Below are positions 23,117 to 36,685 of a stretch of 64,000 nucleotides of DNA, in pieces. The position numbers and the translations under genes are program-made. The stretch lies in assembly GCF_041146345.1 (NCBI RefSeq), contig NW_027191409.1:558001-622000 (forward strand), given 5' to 3'. Origin of the DNA: Neodothiora populina (taxonomy: Eukaryota). The notes under the pieces are model-generated. The model worked only from the letters and a program-made list of their open reading frames with translations, was not told the origin of the DNA and did not search any database. Position 1 is the stretch's first letter. Every line of letters starts with the position of its first letter.

Positions 23117-26100
23117 ATGTCTGAACAAGGCAAACCACCCATCCCTAAGTTTTATACTTACAAGGGCCCAGCAAAACGCAATCTGGGCCCCTCGCTGGTA
23201 AATGAAATCGACTCTGCGAGTAAACGTCGAAGGACTGCCTCTCCGGATCGAGAGTCTCGGCAAGGCGATCGGCACGCTTCTCACAGACGACATCACCACC
23301 GTCATCATGGCCACCGTTCTCGCGAGCACCATGACTCCGAGCATCATCAACACAAATCGAGCATCATCGAAGCGCGCCCTTCTGTGATACGTCCTTCCGA
23401 CTATGTTTCGCCCGTACTGGCAAGTGATCTATACACGATCGATCGGAAAGGTGATGTTCAAAACTGGACGTATCAGAGGCTCCACAAGTATAGCATCCCA
23501 CACTATCGTCGGATCGGCTATGGACGCATCCTGGGCTTGCAGGGTTACAAGATCGATCCAGAACTCAGCGTAGAGGACAGAGTCTATCTGATTGATACCC
23601 GTCACAATCGTTTAGCACAAGGACCTCGAGCTTTCTCCAAGAAACCGACACGCCAGCAACTTCCTGAGCTTCGCATCTCAGCTCATGTAGAGGATCAAAC
23701 CTTGGATCCATCTACTGACTTCATATCATTGACCGCAAGGCGACACGCACGGAAGTCTTCGAAATCAGCATTGCCTTCCGACACCCTCGATGCGGTAAGG
23801 TCACTGCAAAATTCTCAGCCTTCGCTTTCGCCACCCCCTGACACTGATCTGGAATATGCTTCCTCTGAAAATGAAGATGCCGGCTTTGATCTCGAGACTC
23901 GAGTACGACACCAGAACGCAGAATTGTCCAGAGAAGCTAGATTGAACCCGAGCAACCTTCAGGCCTGGCTTGACCTTGCGGCACATCAGATTCATCTTGT
24001 TCGCTCCACTACCTCAGTCACTCTAGATGATCTGTCCGACGGCGAAAGGCGCACGCTGGCTGACTTGCGTCTCCACATCTATGAAAAGGCTAGTAAGAGC
24101 ATACCCTTGCATGACAAGAAAGCTCGAGAAAGCATATTTCAATCCATGTTCGAAGAAGCTTTCCTCCTCTGGGACCTTCCAAAGTACCTTCAGCGCCTGG
24201 AAGATGCCATCAAGGAGCTCCCGGGAAGCTATGTTCTCTGGACCCTCGCACTGAACGCTGTTCAAACCGAGCCTGCGCAATTCAGCTTCGAGCATGGTAA
24301 AAGGTTCTTCGTTGAGTCTTTGAGGAAAATAGCGCCGATTCAAGCCGCAGGGAGAGAGACGACTAGCAATGAGGTGGAGGATATGAGACTGTACATCCTA
24401 TTACGATATGCTACTTACCTGAGGGAGTGTGGATATGAGGAGATGTCCATTGCCTTGTGGCAGGCCATTATCGAGTTCCATCTTTTCTCCCCACGCGCCC
24501 TCTCCCTTGAAGACACCAAGCCAGCTCTAGAGTCATTTGAAGAGTTTTGGGAGAGCGAAGTACCGCGCTTTGGTGAAGATGGAGCGCAAGGATGGTGCAA
24601 TTATAGCACAGAGTTCCCAATAATTGATGGACCGACTCGGCCAGCATGTGAGCAAAGGCTACAGCGCAAACAACCATTCCGAAGCTTTGCACAGGCAGAA
24701 CGTGGCATGGTTGACAATCAACGATTTCCTGCGAAGAGTTCCGATGAGGACAGCTTAAAAGATCCTTTCCGCATTGTCTTATACTCTGATATACAAGAGT
24801 GTCTCGTATCAACTTCTGCACCGACCTCTTCTCTTGGTCTGATCGACGCCTTCCTGTGCTACCTTGGACTTCCTGCTCGAAAGTCGTTAACCAAGACAAA
24901 GGATCATAGCTGGAGGTAAGTAACATGCCCAATCTTGTCACATGGAAGCTAGCTGACATAATTATAGAGTGCGGACATGGCGTGCCGACCCATTTCTATG
25001 CCGCGGTCTCATCGACGATTCTACTGCCGCCAACGTGACAAAAAAAGCGACTGAAGTATCCGTGACAAGTTTTGAGACTACAACCCAGACTTTGTTTCCA
25101 TCTATCACGCATGCTGAGCAGATGTCGAAGCCAAATGCCATCCATCACTTCATCCGCACAAGTTTGGCAAGTATGGTACAGCAGATGCCCGACGACGATG
25201 ACCTTGCAGAGTACTACCTTGCATTTGTGTATCGATATTACTCAAAAGACGCCGCCAAGACTGCGAGAGGCATATTAAAACAACGGTCGTCGAGCCTGAG
25301 ACTGTACAATGCTTGCGCTCTGATTGAATCGAATCTCGGACGAGTGGAAAAGGCGTCCAAGATCTGGACGGGTGCGGTGAAGATGGTGCCTGTGTTGACT
25401 GCTGATGCGCAGCAAGAAGCAGTCTTACTGTGGCACAGCTGGGCATGGCATGAGATGGAAAGGGGTACAAAAGACGCCGCTCTGGCTCGGCTTGTCTTCT
25501 ATGATGCATCAGCAGGTCAAGATGTTTCTCATGCAGTTACCTCGCCTGCGATGCTCAGAGCAACCAAGGTATGTCATTCACGACGATGGTCTACATTTCC
25601 TTTCTAACGTTGAATCCAGATGTACAGAGAAGGCTTCGAACATGCCGTGTCGCAGCGTAACGCTCACCTTGCCTCCTTGAATGCAGAATGTTTAGCGTCG
25701 ATGGCCTATCTCAAAGATCGTGATGCGCTCGAAGTAGCAATGGCTTTGCTGGACGAACACATCGAAGCGGTCAATTCTACAAGAGACATGTCCTTCACGA
25801 ACTTGACTCTAGAGCTACTGCACCAGGTCAAGGCGCGTATGATCGCGTATCACATCAAAAGGGCACCATATAAGCCATCCTTTGTTCGATCACAACTCGA
25901 GGAGAGCATGACGCTTTTTCCCAAGAACTCTATCTTTCTCTGGCTATACAAGGACAACGAATCTCGATTCCGGATCGACGATCGAGTCCGAGCGGTTCTC
26001 AGGAACACAGCCACAGACGAAAAAGCAGCGCTGGTAAGGGCCTCATTCGAGATCGATCAAGAAATGTCTCGTCTCGCGGACCAGGTCTCTGGAACGACGG

Positions 26101-26468
26101 TCGAGTCGGTTCGTGCCGCTTTCTCCAAGGCGTTGCTTCCCAGAGGAAGCCATCTTCGTCATTGTAGGGACTTATGGACACGCTGGTTCTGCTTCGAAGA
26201 GCAGATCCTACGACGAGGCCTGGCAGGAAGTCATGGCACGATTGCATCCACTCAGTCGGCTATACGTCGATTGAAGAGTGTCTATCTAAGCGGACTGCAC
26301 AACCTGCCCTGGGTCAAAGATTGGATTCTCTTAGGTCTCGAGTCCTTCGATAAAGACCAGAGCTGCGGCGGCTGGGCGAGTGGTGACCTGATAGACTTGT
26401 ATAACATGTTGGATCGAAGGCAGCTGAGGATAAGAGTCACTGGTATCGAAGACTATTGGAATGCATGA
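23117..26468 (+). CDS. NRDE-2/Nrl1 family nuclear RNA-processing protein (DUF1740)
   Basis: Exons approx. 23117-24915, 24969-25568 and 25620-26468. YTIDRKGD...YSIPHYRRIGYGRILG, FEEFWESEVPRFGE, DPFRIVLYSDI and LPWVK...LRI motifs; HAT-like helical repeats. Confidence 0.85.
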
Positions 26469-26936
26469 GCACATGCTACTTCATTGGACAGAAAAGGACC
26501 AGGCGGTGGTATTGTCCTGTTTGTACTCAGTCGATGATAAACTGTGTCCTATATCTTCAAGAACAACTAATTGATGCGATGAGTTACCGTAAAATGCACA
26601 CGTTGATATATCTGATAAAGACTCTTAATATCGAGTCAGATCAAGAATCATCACGACAATAGAAAAGGCAGATCACTGACACCTGCTTTCTGTATTCATA
26701 GGACAGGGTACCCACCACGGACAGCAAGTGAACATCAAGGTTGAACCCTTCCAGCGCTCCGAGCGTCGGGGAGATTCCTCGGCGTATCGTCGATAAGCAC
26801 TTTAACTCCCGAAAGGAGGCGGTGGTGGAGTAAAGTGGGAAATAACGGGGACGGTGACATGAACATCTAAACCATTACCTTAGCATATCGGAAGCCACAT
26901 TGCACCACCATCACAGACCCGAATATCCATGCAATC

Positions 26937-28982
26937 ATGACAGATCTGAGTCGAAGTGGTCTCGGCGAGGCCGCTTCATACCAGGGTTTACCGCCCATCA
27001 GCGCGTTGTACGTCGCCGTCTTCGAAAAGACTATAGGCTACTCGATTGCGTACCAGCGCTCTACTCCTGGACGTAAGTTGGGACTTTGTCTGCGTTCTTC
27101 TTGTCCGTGATTATTGTGTCCACTTCAATGTCTCTTTGGTTACTTAGTGACTCCTGGGAAAGATTCTGAATCATTGACATCTCTGCTTTGCTAGTTCAAT
27201 TGGATGGTGTGGAATACAAGAGTCTCTGCTCGGGATTGCATCACGTGCAGTCTGATCTAGTGTCCGTAACTGCTCTGCCTGATCGCGAATGCTTTATCAT
27301 GGGTCCTGTGACTGACGATGCATTGCAGATACTTTGTGCATGATGAATACGCTGGCGTCAGCGCCTTTGTGCAAGGAGAGGCGGCGGAAGAGCACAGAAA
27401 CGCCAATTTCGCAGCTGTTGGCGTCCTGGTCCCGCTGAGCTATGGTCGATTAGGCCGGAGTTGGTTGCATGCGAAGTCGCTACGAGAGCTGGCACAGTAA
27501 GATAAGAACCACCTCAGCACATCTACTCTTGACTAAAGTATTGATCAGGCTTGCGGTGCACGACCTCGGCGACACGAGCCAACTGGACGCATATTGGGAG
27601 TCAAATCGAGTCAATGACGAGAGAGGTCACGAAGAAGACGAAAGTGTTTCTAAGCAGAGCGAGAATGTCGGTCGGAAGTCAAGAGCATTCTCAGACGCTG
27701 CAGCGCTCGGGAAAGACAGTCGCGACCTCTCAGAAGATCATCCAGCCCTCTCCCTTGCGAGCCACCTCGAGACTTTTGGACCTCTGCTATTCCCTCTATA
27801 CCGAGCCGCATTACTGCGCAAGCGGATATTGATTCTGACGCAAACACCTGTGCGGCAGGCGTGTGAATTAGGTAAGAACCCTCGGCGCTTCTGGAGACAA
27901 TAGAAATGGTGGCTGACTCTTCCTCAGTGTATAATCTTTCAGTGTTGTCAAAGATACCCTCACAATCGGTCGAAGCATTCCCACTAGACGAAGCCGCCCT
28001 CACTCCCGCTCGACCACTATTTAACATCGGTGTTCACGATATCGATTTCCTTACCAAGACATACAAGAGAAGAGAAGGCAGCGAGGATGAAGTGCAGCTT
28101 CAGGAGTCCTACATCGCATGCAGCACCGACGAGATCCTCGCTACAAAGCAAAATCTCTACGACATCTTAGTCGAGCTTCCACCGCCCGAGAAGGATGGCG
28201 GAAGAAAGGAGTGGCCGAAGATGCGCAGCGCCGCAGGAGAGTCTATCAAGGCGACGCAACGAGATTTGCGACGATTCCAAGCATTGGAGAAAGAGCTGCG
28301 AAGGATCACACGGGCGACCGCAGGATCGGAGTCGGGCGAAGGAGACTCCGATGGAGAGAGTGATCACGACGGAGACAGCACACCCCTCATACAATCAGTC
28401 CGACCAGTCTGGGCTCGGGACGACGACACCGCTTCCCTTGCGGACGAGAAGAACCTGGTAGAACCGACCACGTGGACCGCCATGATACAGGAGTCTTTCC
28501 TGTGGTGGGCGTCTGCAGGAGAACGGGACACATGGGTAGAAGAGGAGACATCTCAAGACCTGGCATTGCTCGGCGATCTGCCCATGACATACAACATGGA
28601 GCGCGACTCTGCTCGTCCGCAGTCGATCAGCGAACCTGGTACAGAAGTCGGCTCTTCGTCTGCAGACAGGAGGACTGGCTCAAAGCGCGACAACCAAGCC
28701 AAAGCATTGACTCTGATAGCGTTCATCCACAGACTCACAGCCCTGACTCTGGAGTGCATGGCAGACATGGCCGAGAGCGCGGGAAGCGAGGGCGACGGGT
28801 CGACAGATGAGGAAGGGGACAGAGCGATAGGCTTAGAGAGCGACGACATACGACACATGGGCCTGGACGTGTGGAGCAAAGCCGACACTGACTTCGTACG
28901 AGAGCTCTTTGCGCTGTACTTCAGGCGCGAGACTGAGGTTCGCGGGCAAGGGGTCGAGTGTTGCGGCATTAAGATCTGCTAG
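26937..28982 (+). CDS. DENN-like DUF2347/DUF4484 protein (DENND11/LCHN-like)
   Basis: Exons 26937-27072, 27195-27261, 27329-27496, 27549-27871 and 27928-28982. LPPISALY, GVEYKSLCSGLH, YGRLGRSW, FGPLLFPLYRAALLRKRIL, KATQRD and C-terminal CCGIKIC. Confidence 0.8.
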
Positions 28983-29845
28983 CTGGCACATGTATATTTA
29001 CCAAAACCGATATGATGTATTAGGGGGTCTCTTGGTGTATTCTGTGGCATGCGTGGTTTGTACCTATAGGTTACAACTTGACCTCAAGCTGGGCAGTGTA
29101 TGAGGTATGCAATGATGACTTCTGATCCACCTCAGAACACAAAAATCGCAATTGAACCAGTGTTGACTCTTCTCCATCCTATAATCACCATGATCTATCA
29201 AGAGAAATACCACCGAGTCACTCGCCATCATCACAATCACATGCAACACCCAAACAAAGGCTAAAACGCAAGGAACGAAAATAGTGGAGCGCGGAGTACC
29301 CAGCTCCGTTCAGTCATCCACTCTGAGTGAACGAGGATGGCCTTTGCTTTTTCTTAACGCCGCCGTTCGGGAGGATTCCGTCGGAGTTAAGCGAAAACAG
29401 CGTTTCGCAGCACACAGCAAGCTGTTCAGCAGCCATGATGACGCCGATCTGTGCGATGAAAATTCTTAGATATGGTGCTGTGGTCATCCATCCACCTGGC
29501 GAGAGGGCCAACCCTGTGAACTGGGATTATTGTATTAGAACAAGTATTGAACTCAGCAGACCGATGCTTAGTAGAAGAATGCAACTGAGATGTCTTCCGA
29601 TGGAATAAACAGCAAATCGCGATGACGGAATGGCGATTAAACTCGCAAAGGTTGCTGAGGCACCAAGCTAGCCGCTTACCTCCAACCTATCAACATGTAC
29701 GGAGAGGGCGGTTCAGCTTGCCGAAATATTCCGACGGTCGGGAACGCGATTACAGTTAGTGCGAAGTTTTTGGTGAAGCGACACACGAATTGTTTGCAGT
29801 GCCGGAACAGGGCTTTTTGTGGTGAATGTTGAGTTGAGCCTCAAT

Positions 29846-29910
29846 GGCTGCTGCTGCTGCTTTCTTGTTGGTTGCTGCTTACTGCCGCTGCCGCTGCTGC
29901 TGCTGGTTGG
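29846..29910. repeat. (GCT)n-rich microsatellite upstream of MIR1
   Basis: gctgctgctgctgc...gccgctgccgctgctgctgctgg seen directly. Confidence 0.7.
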
Positions 29911-30047
29911 CGTAACTTCCTCTACAAACTCTTTTGTTACTTCCTCTTTTTGATACCCCTTCCCTTTCTTACCACCCTCTCTCCAAAATCTCCACTCCGC
30001 TTTTTTTATTTCTTCAAAAAAAGCCTACAGGACCCTAGTAGTTCATC

Positions 30048-31265
30048 ATGTCTGGCACCGCTACTCCTCCTCCTACCTCTACCGGCTCCACCAAGTTGGA
30101 CGCCGTCAAGCAGAATGTCGCTGCTGCTGCTCCCCCCAGATGAGCGGTGTTTCTCTCTACTCCAGATTCGCCTTGGCTGGTGCTATCTGTTGTTCCGTCA
30201 CCCACGGTGGTCTTACCCCCGTCGATGTGTAAGTTGTGGCCTCCGCCGCGTTTGACGCGCTGTCTTTTTCCGGTCTCTACAAGGTCTCCGGAAGTGTGCG
30301 TAAAGCTCAAGCTGACTTTCTCCTTCCCACAGCGTCAAGACCAGAATCCAACTCGACCCCGTCACCTACAACCGTGGTCTCATCGGTGGTTTCCGTCAGG
30401 TCATCCAGAAGGAGGGCGCTGGCGCTCTTCTCACCGGCGCTGGCCCCACCTTCGCTGGTTACTTCCTTCAGGGTGCCTTCAAGTTCGGAGGTTACGAGTT
30501 CTTCAAGCAGCAGGCCATCTCCATCCTTGGCTACGAGAACGCTGCCAACAACCGCACCGCTGTCTACCTCGCATCTTCTGCATGCGCCGAGACCCTTGCC
30601 GACGTCTTCCTCTGCCCTCTCGAGGCCACCCGTATCCGTATCGTCTCTGAGCCCACCTTCGCTTCTGGTCTTGTCAGCGGTTTCTCCAAGATCTATAAGA
30701 CTGAGGGCCTCGGTGCCTTCTACTCTGGATTCGGACCCATCCTCTTCAAGCAGTAAGTCTTTTCGTGTTTCTGCACCTCAATCGCGATCCGCATACTGAC
30801 TGGCGATCCTCCAGGGTTCCTTACACCATGGCCAAGTTCGGCGTGTACGAGAAGGTCATCGAGGCTGTCTACAAGAGAGTCGACAAGGCCACCACCTCGG
30901 ACGGTATGCAGACCACCATCAACCTCGGATCCGGTCTCATTGCCGGTTTCGCCGCCGCCATCATCTCCCAGCCCGCCGACACCATGCTTTCAAAGATCAA
31001 CAAGACTAAGGGTCTCCCCGGTGAGAGCACCACCAGCCGTCTGATCAAGATCGCCAAGGAGCTCGGTCTCCGTGGCTCTTACAGCGGTATTGGTGCACGT
31101 CTCTTCATGGTCGGAACCATCACCGCCGGTCAATTCGTAAGTTTTTGTTGTATACATCCAAATCATGTGCGCAAACGCTGACATGTCTATTCTCTTCCAC
31201 AGGCCATCTACGGTGACATCAAGAAGGCTCTTGGCGCCACTGGTGGCGTTGAGATTGCCAAGTAA
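30048..31265 (+). CDS. MIR1: Mitochondrial phosphate carrier
   Basis: Exons approx. 30048-30227, 30333-30752, 30815-31136 and 31203-31265. [59 protein letters not shown] and QPADTMLSK. Strong codon bias. Confidence 0.93.
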
Positions 31266-33149
31266 GCGTGTGCAAATAATGAGTTGTAATCGATGATCCG
31301 ATTGAGAGACTACGGTCTTGTTCTTTTGGCCCGTCATTGACAGGAGGAAACTGCTTAAACCAATTCTCTACCTACATACATAATCACGGTAGTAGACGCC
31401 TCGGGACTCGGTGGCAAACGCCGGGACCTGGAGGACGGGGATTTGCACACTGAAATAGATGAAGGGATGCAATACCTGAGATTATCATTGCTGGCCTGGC
31501 TTGTATTATAGGGTTCTCATGGGACATGCAATGCATTAACGATGCTGTTTGTTGACATCTTATCCCCTCTCTTTTGCTTTCGTGTGACAGTGAAGAGTCT
31601 ACAAGCACACCACTTGATGTAGGCAAGAGGTAGCTGGAATAGAGGTGGTGCTTTCGCAGTTTCCGTTTGGATATGATGCATCATATGTGCGAAGTCACCG
31701 GAAGCGTTCGATATAACGCCGATGAACAGGCACTGTCTAGAAAAGGCGACCCGACTTCTCTCTCCGCAGCAGAGAAGCAGAGATGAGGAAAGACTCGGAA
31801 ATGGCAAAGAAGAACGCGTAAGGTAGGTAGATAAGACATGAAGATGACCATTCTCTGCCGGACCATACCTTACGTATATACTACGAATCTGGTCATTGTG
31901 ACGGACGATGATGATGATGATGATGCTGAGGACCACCGCCTGGCGTTTGACACTCTGCGGAGACGTCTTGCGTAAGGCACCTACCTTAGACGTGCAATCC
32001 CGCCGCCATACCACGACATAACTAGGTACTCATTGAGAGAGGGAATGAGTGAGTAACTGACTCGAGTCAGTGGACGCGAGATCAGCGAAGTTCGTCAATC
32101 AATTTGTTCATCAATTCATTCATTCATTCACTCATTCCCGTGATCAGATGGGGGGGCCTTATAACCGATTGGTTGTCAGCATGGCAATCTAAGAAAGAAT
32201 ATACAGTGCGATAAAAGCCAAAGACAAAGTACAGTAATACTGTACAAGTATCTTCTGTACACACGGATCACAATAACAACACCACAAGCCGTGAGACGTG
32301 TCGGCGCCGCCACTGCTGACTTCTTTTATCGACCGTTTTGCGCACGAGCTCGAGAGCCCCGAGCAAGAAGGGAAGAAGCACGGACAGGTCGGCAGCAGCG
32401 TCAATGGGATGGAGGGCGAAAACAGACGTTGCAGCATCCAGGAAACAGCAGTCCAGATCTCCAAAAACCCAAGTGGATAAAGAAAAGTGTAACAATGCCA
32501 GTCAAAGACATATCCACCTGCTGCTGCCGGGGCCAAAAAAGTGCTTACCCTATTAGTTCCCATGGAGCGGCCGAGGGCAACTGGACTGCGTCCAGATCCA
32601 TGCGCGATCCGCAGCTGCCGGTATGCGGTCATGATCGTCGGTTCTCCGGATTGGCCCCAACCATATGACGGGAAGGGGAAAGAGAAAACCAGATGGGCGA
32701 GGAAACACAGGGTCCCCTGTTGGCAGCTTGGCGATCCGACTCGTCGTTGATTGGGGGGCGTGTGGCCTGCGGGTTTCAGCAATCCGTGCTCTTGTGTGTC
32801 TGGGCTTTGGGCAAAAGGGTAACGGGACGGGTGACTTTGTAGAGAAGTAGAAAGTGGGAAAGCTAAGGTACAGTTTGGTAGGGAAGTAGTAGAGTGGTAC
32901 GTACGTGCGTGTGAAGGTCGCTCGTCCGTTTGGTGAGATTGAGATTGCGAGACAGAGAGAGAGAGACAGAGCGGATGTTATGATAATTTCATCTCCGTTA
33001 TTTTTCTCCCCATCAGCAAAAGACACTTGATCGAGTTATATAAGAATTACTTTCATAAGAGAATCGACGCAACTATTGGGATAGCCGGATTGCCATTTCC
33101 GTGCTTGAAGTCGACGGTGTATTCCTTCCTTCGCTAGTAACACGACGAA

Positions 33150-35313
33150 ATGAGCCAGGAGAGAAAGGGCTCGGTGCCTCTGCAGATGCTGAACAGCAGT
33201 CGCGCTGACAGGAGGTCTTCGAGAGGTTCGCCCTCTCCAGCAAGACTCAATGTTCCCAGAGCGCGACCTGTTCTGGACCGCCGACAGCCTTCGATTCGTC
33301 TGAGGCGCCTTCCCTCCACCGGCGACCTCAGACAGCCACTCAACCAAGCGCAGGACCAGAGACAGAGATCGCGATCACGAGGCTCGAGCTCGACACCACA
33401 AGGACGAGCACGAGGAAACAGCGCACTCGAGCCCGTGGAAGCACAAACAATCTCCGAGAATGTCGTCGACGACACCAAAGAAGGAAACCGACGGCGGAGC
33501 ATGTCAGAACCGCAGCGAATGCAGAGGAGCGACAAGAGCACTTACAACCTCGCCCCCGACGCTGCGCGCGACTTTGCCAGAAACAGAGGACGAGGTCCGT
33601 CCAGTCCAATGTCGCCGCTGGACGAGGAAGCAGTGCGAGTCGCCACCTTGGGCGATGATCCGAATGCGCTCGAGGCGGGCGTGCCCCATGAGGCTGCTCG
33701 TCGTCCTGGCCTCAGGACCAGAGCCAACACCGCCGCCCGCGCAGCCTTGGGTATCAACGCCATGAACAACTACAACGAGCGACGGAGGAACAATGCCCAG
33801 GAGCCCAATGCAGACAACACCGAGTACGAGAACGGTCTGGTCGACTTCCTCGATGTCGTCGACCCCGAGGTTGCCACTCTGTCTACACTCACCAATGTGC
33901 AGAACTCACTGTTTATTCCCGATCTTGGTGGGTTCCTCAATCGACGCCCGACATATACCGTCACTCGCGACCCGAGAGTCGTCACCGAGCAGGACAGCTC
34001 CGCTAGCGAGGAGCAGACTGACACGGATGAGGACACGGCGGACCGGGCCCCCATGTCCCGCTCTGTCACCATCACTTCTCACTTGAGCGGCACCGAGGGC
34101 CACTATGCCGTCCTGCCACACGGTATCACTCTGGATGGATGGAGCGCTGCCGAGAGGCAAGAGCTCAACGACCATGTGCGACATTTGTTGCATTCACGCA
34201 GAGCAGCTTTCAAGCGCGGCATGAAGGGCTTTGGCCAGTATGTCCGACGACGTAAGTTATGATTTCCATTCAAGCTCCTGATCATGCACACAGCTAACCT
34301 GCATAGCCCTTGGATTCTTCGTCACACTCTATGCTTTTCTCATCACCATCTTCGGTCTGCTCTGGGTTCTTTTCTTGATCGGATGGATCAGTGTGGGAGG
34401 CAGACAAAAGTACCTCATCAACATCATCGACAACATCATGGTCGCTCTGTTTGCCGTCATTGGAGACGGTCTCGCGCCCTTCCGTGCTGTCGACACATAT
34501 CACATGATCTACATTGCACACTATCACTATCTGACATGGAACCTACGCAAGCAACGCAACTTACCTGACCTTGAAGACCAAAACGACCTGCCCGGACTCA
34601 AACCAAAGATTCCCAACGACGACGAAAGCGTGTACGCAGACGGCCAGGAGGAACTCGTCGAGGACACGCACGAGCAAGTGGTCTTGACCCCTGAGCAGCA
34701 AGCCAAGTTGAAGCATCACCAGGACAAGTTCTCCAAATCTCACACCTTCTACAAGCCCCACGAGACGAGCACCCATCATGCCTTCCCGCTCAAGCTACTA
34801 GTCACGATCGTCGTGTTGCTCGATTGTCATTCGCTTCTCCAGATCGCTCTGGGCACATGCACATGGGCAATCAGCTACCACGTGCGACCCTTCGCTCTGA
34901 CGACCGTCATCCTGTGTTTCTCGCTGACATGCAACATCACGGGCGGCATCCTGATCAGTGTGGGCGACAGAAAGACACGCAAAAAGGACGTCGTCGAGCG
35001 CATGTTCAGACAGCAACTGACGGAGCAAGCGATGCACAAGATCGAGAAGCGCAGAAAAAGAGAGCAGCAGCGCAACTCGGACCTCGAGCACCTCGTCACG
35101 CCTCACGAGTCGGCGATTGATATTGAAGAAGCTGAACGAGATGGAAAACCTATCGCTATCACTCACGATGCAAAGTCGCCGATGTCTTCCTCTTCGTCTT
35201 CTTCTCCGACCGCGACGACGGGTACGACGGCAGCTCCAGATCCCAAGACTAAACGTCTAGGCGAGGCTTCGCTGCCCGTGGCTGCGACGGCGAGTGTCGC
35301 TGGCGCTTACTGA
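33150..35313 (+). CDS. Fungal integral membrane protein (DUF2985-like)
   Basis: Exons 33150-34251 and 34307-35313. Long disordered N-terminus, then PLGFFVTLYAFLITIFGLLWVLFLIGWI, GDGLAPFR and FYKPHETSTH with further TM helices. Confidence 0.78.
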
Positions 35314-36259
35314 TTGACGAGGATGATGATGACGTCCCTTTTTCTTTTTCTTTCTGTTCTTGCTACTTTTCTGCCAGGTAGTCCCAACGAGAATGACTCG
35401 AGTGTTCAGGGGAGCAGGGAGTTGGTTTTAGGTTTCTAGTCTGCCGTTCACGCACTGCAAATGGCCTTGTCTGACTGGCTTTTTTTGTAGCCAGCAGCAG
35501 CAGCAGCTTTCACGGTCTGCTATCGTCTCTATGGTGGCGTTGGTCGGCGGCGGTTCGAAGAATCTTCAATTTATATTAATTCTGCTCAGCTCTGGGGCTT
35601 GCGAGGTGCTACGCATATCTACATTTTCCTTCATGGATGGCACTTTTGTGTACTCTATTTCATTTCACGTGTGCTCTTCCTTGTGATCCTCTTGTTGTTG
35701 CCAGCTACTCTGGATGGTTTTGTGATATATTCTTTTTCGGTGGTGCCCAGTCGATTCTGTACAGCCGGGAGCCTGCAGAGTGAGATGAGCCCCTCTCTCT
35801 TGTCTCTCAACCCCTTCTTTCTCGAGCAGTGCTCTCTAGGACTGTACTACTTGCCGAAGAAGCTGAAAGAAGTCGCAACCTCTCGACAGATGTACAATGC
35901 GGCTCGGACTGGAATACCCAGATATATATAATCAGGGACCTTGACCCCTGTTAAAGGAAATAGCAATGGAGTCAGTTCCTCGCCCCTCTATACAAGTATA
36001 TATATATTCAATACTACATTTTAAACACCTTCATAGTACTTGCACGGAACGTGACCGAAGTCCGAGTCCGATGAGCTAGGAAAGCAGAAGGGAAATCTGT
36101 AGAGTAAGATACGCACATCGATCCGTCGGTATATCGACCAAAGCAATCGGTGCTCATCTGAGGTCGCAAGGCTCGAGACCAGCTGGCTGGCGTTCCAAGG
36201 CGACGAATCCAGCCCAGACCGAGACAAATAGCATATCCTTGTTCTGCTATCGCGAGGAC

Positions 36260-36685
36260 GTAGTTAGGATCTAGCCCAAAGAAGCTAGTTTCTGCTCGTA
36301 TATCGACGACTATCGATCCACTCTACTATTGCGCCCGTTCTTGAGACAGACGGAGAGAGGTCGCGTTCTGTCTCCGGCGTGGCTCGTGATATGTGATATC
36401 TTACCTACCTGATTCGTTGCACATTATATAACGACTTGCCCTTTTGTTACTACTCGGTCAGATGTCGTTGATAGCCAGTTCTCTCACCGCTGGTATGCTG
36501 GACCCGATTTGTAGCTTTGTAGCTGGGTAGCTCATCTGTTCGAAGCTAGATACCGCGAGTAGCTTGTGACTTGCTGCTCTAACTCTTTGGGGCTAGATGC
36601 TTGAGAGGTCTCACCTCTCGCTCACCCTACAGTACACCTCCTGTGGCATCTGGTATGAGTGAGCAGAGAGGTGGATTCGTCCATC
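36260..36685 (+). ncRNA. Candidate structured non-coding RNA of unknown class
   Basis: Several nested stems with G-U pairs favouring the + strand, no ORF, and a TATA-rich tract about 250 bp upstream (see findings). Confidence 0.4.

Noticed and set aside
1568..26468. ROK1, UTP10 and NRDE-2 as an RNA-processing gene cluster
   Set aside because: Interleaved with unrelated genes; RNA-processing genes are common enough for chance proximity.
32189..32782. 197-aa minus-strand ORF
   Set aside because: Non-ATG start, no domain signal, and an internal splice donor.
36245..36265. HDV-like ribozyme L3 motif TCCTCGC on the minus strand
   Set aside because: Flanking P3, P1 and P2 pairings cannot be built.
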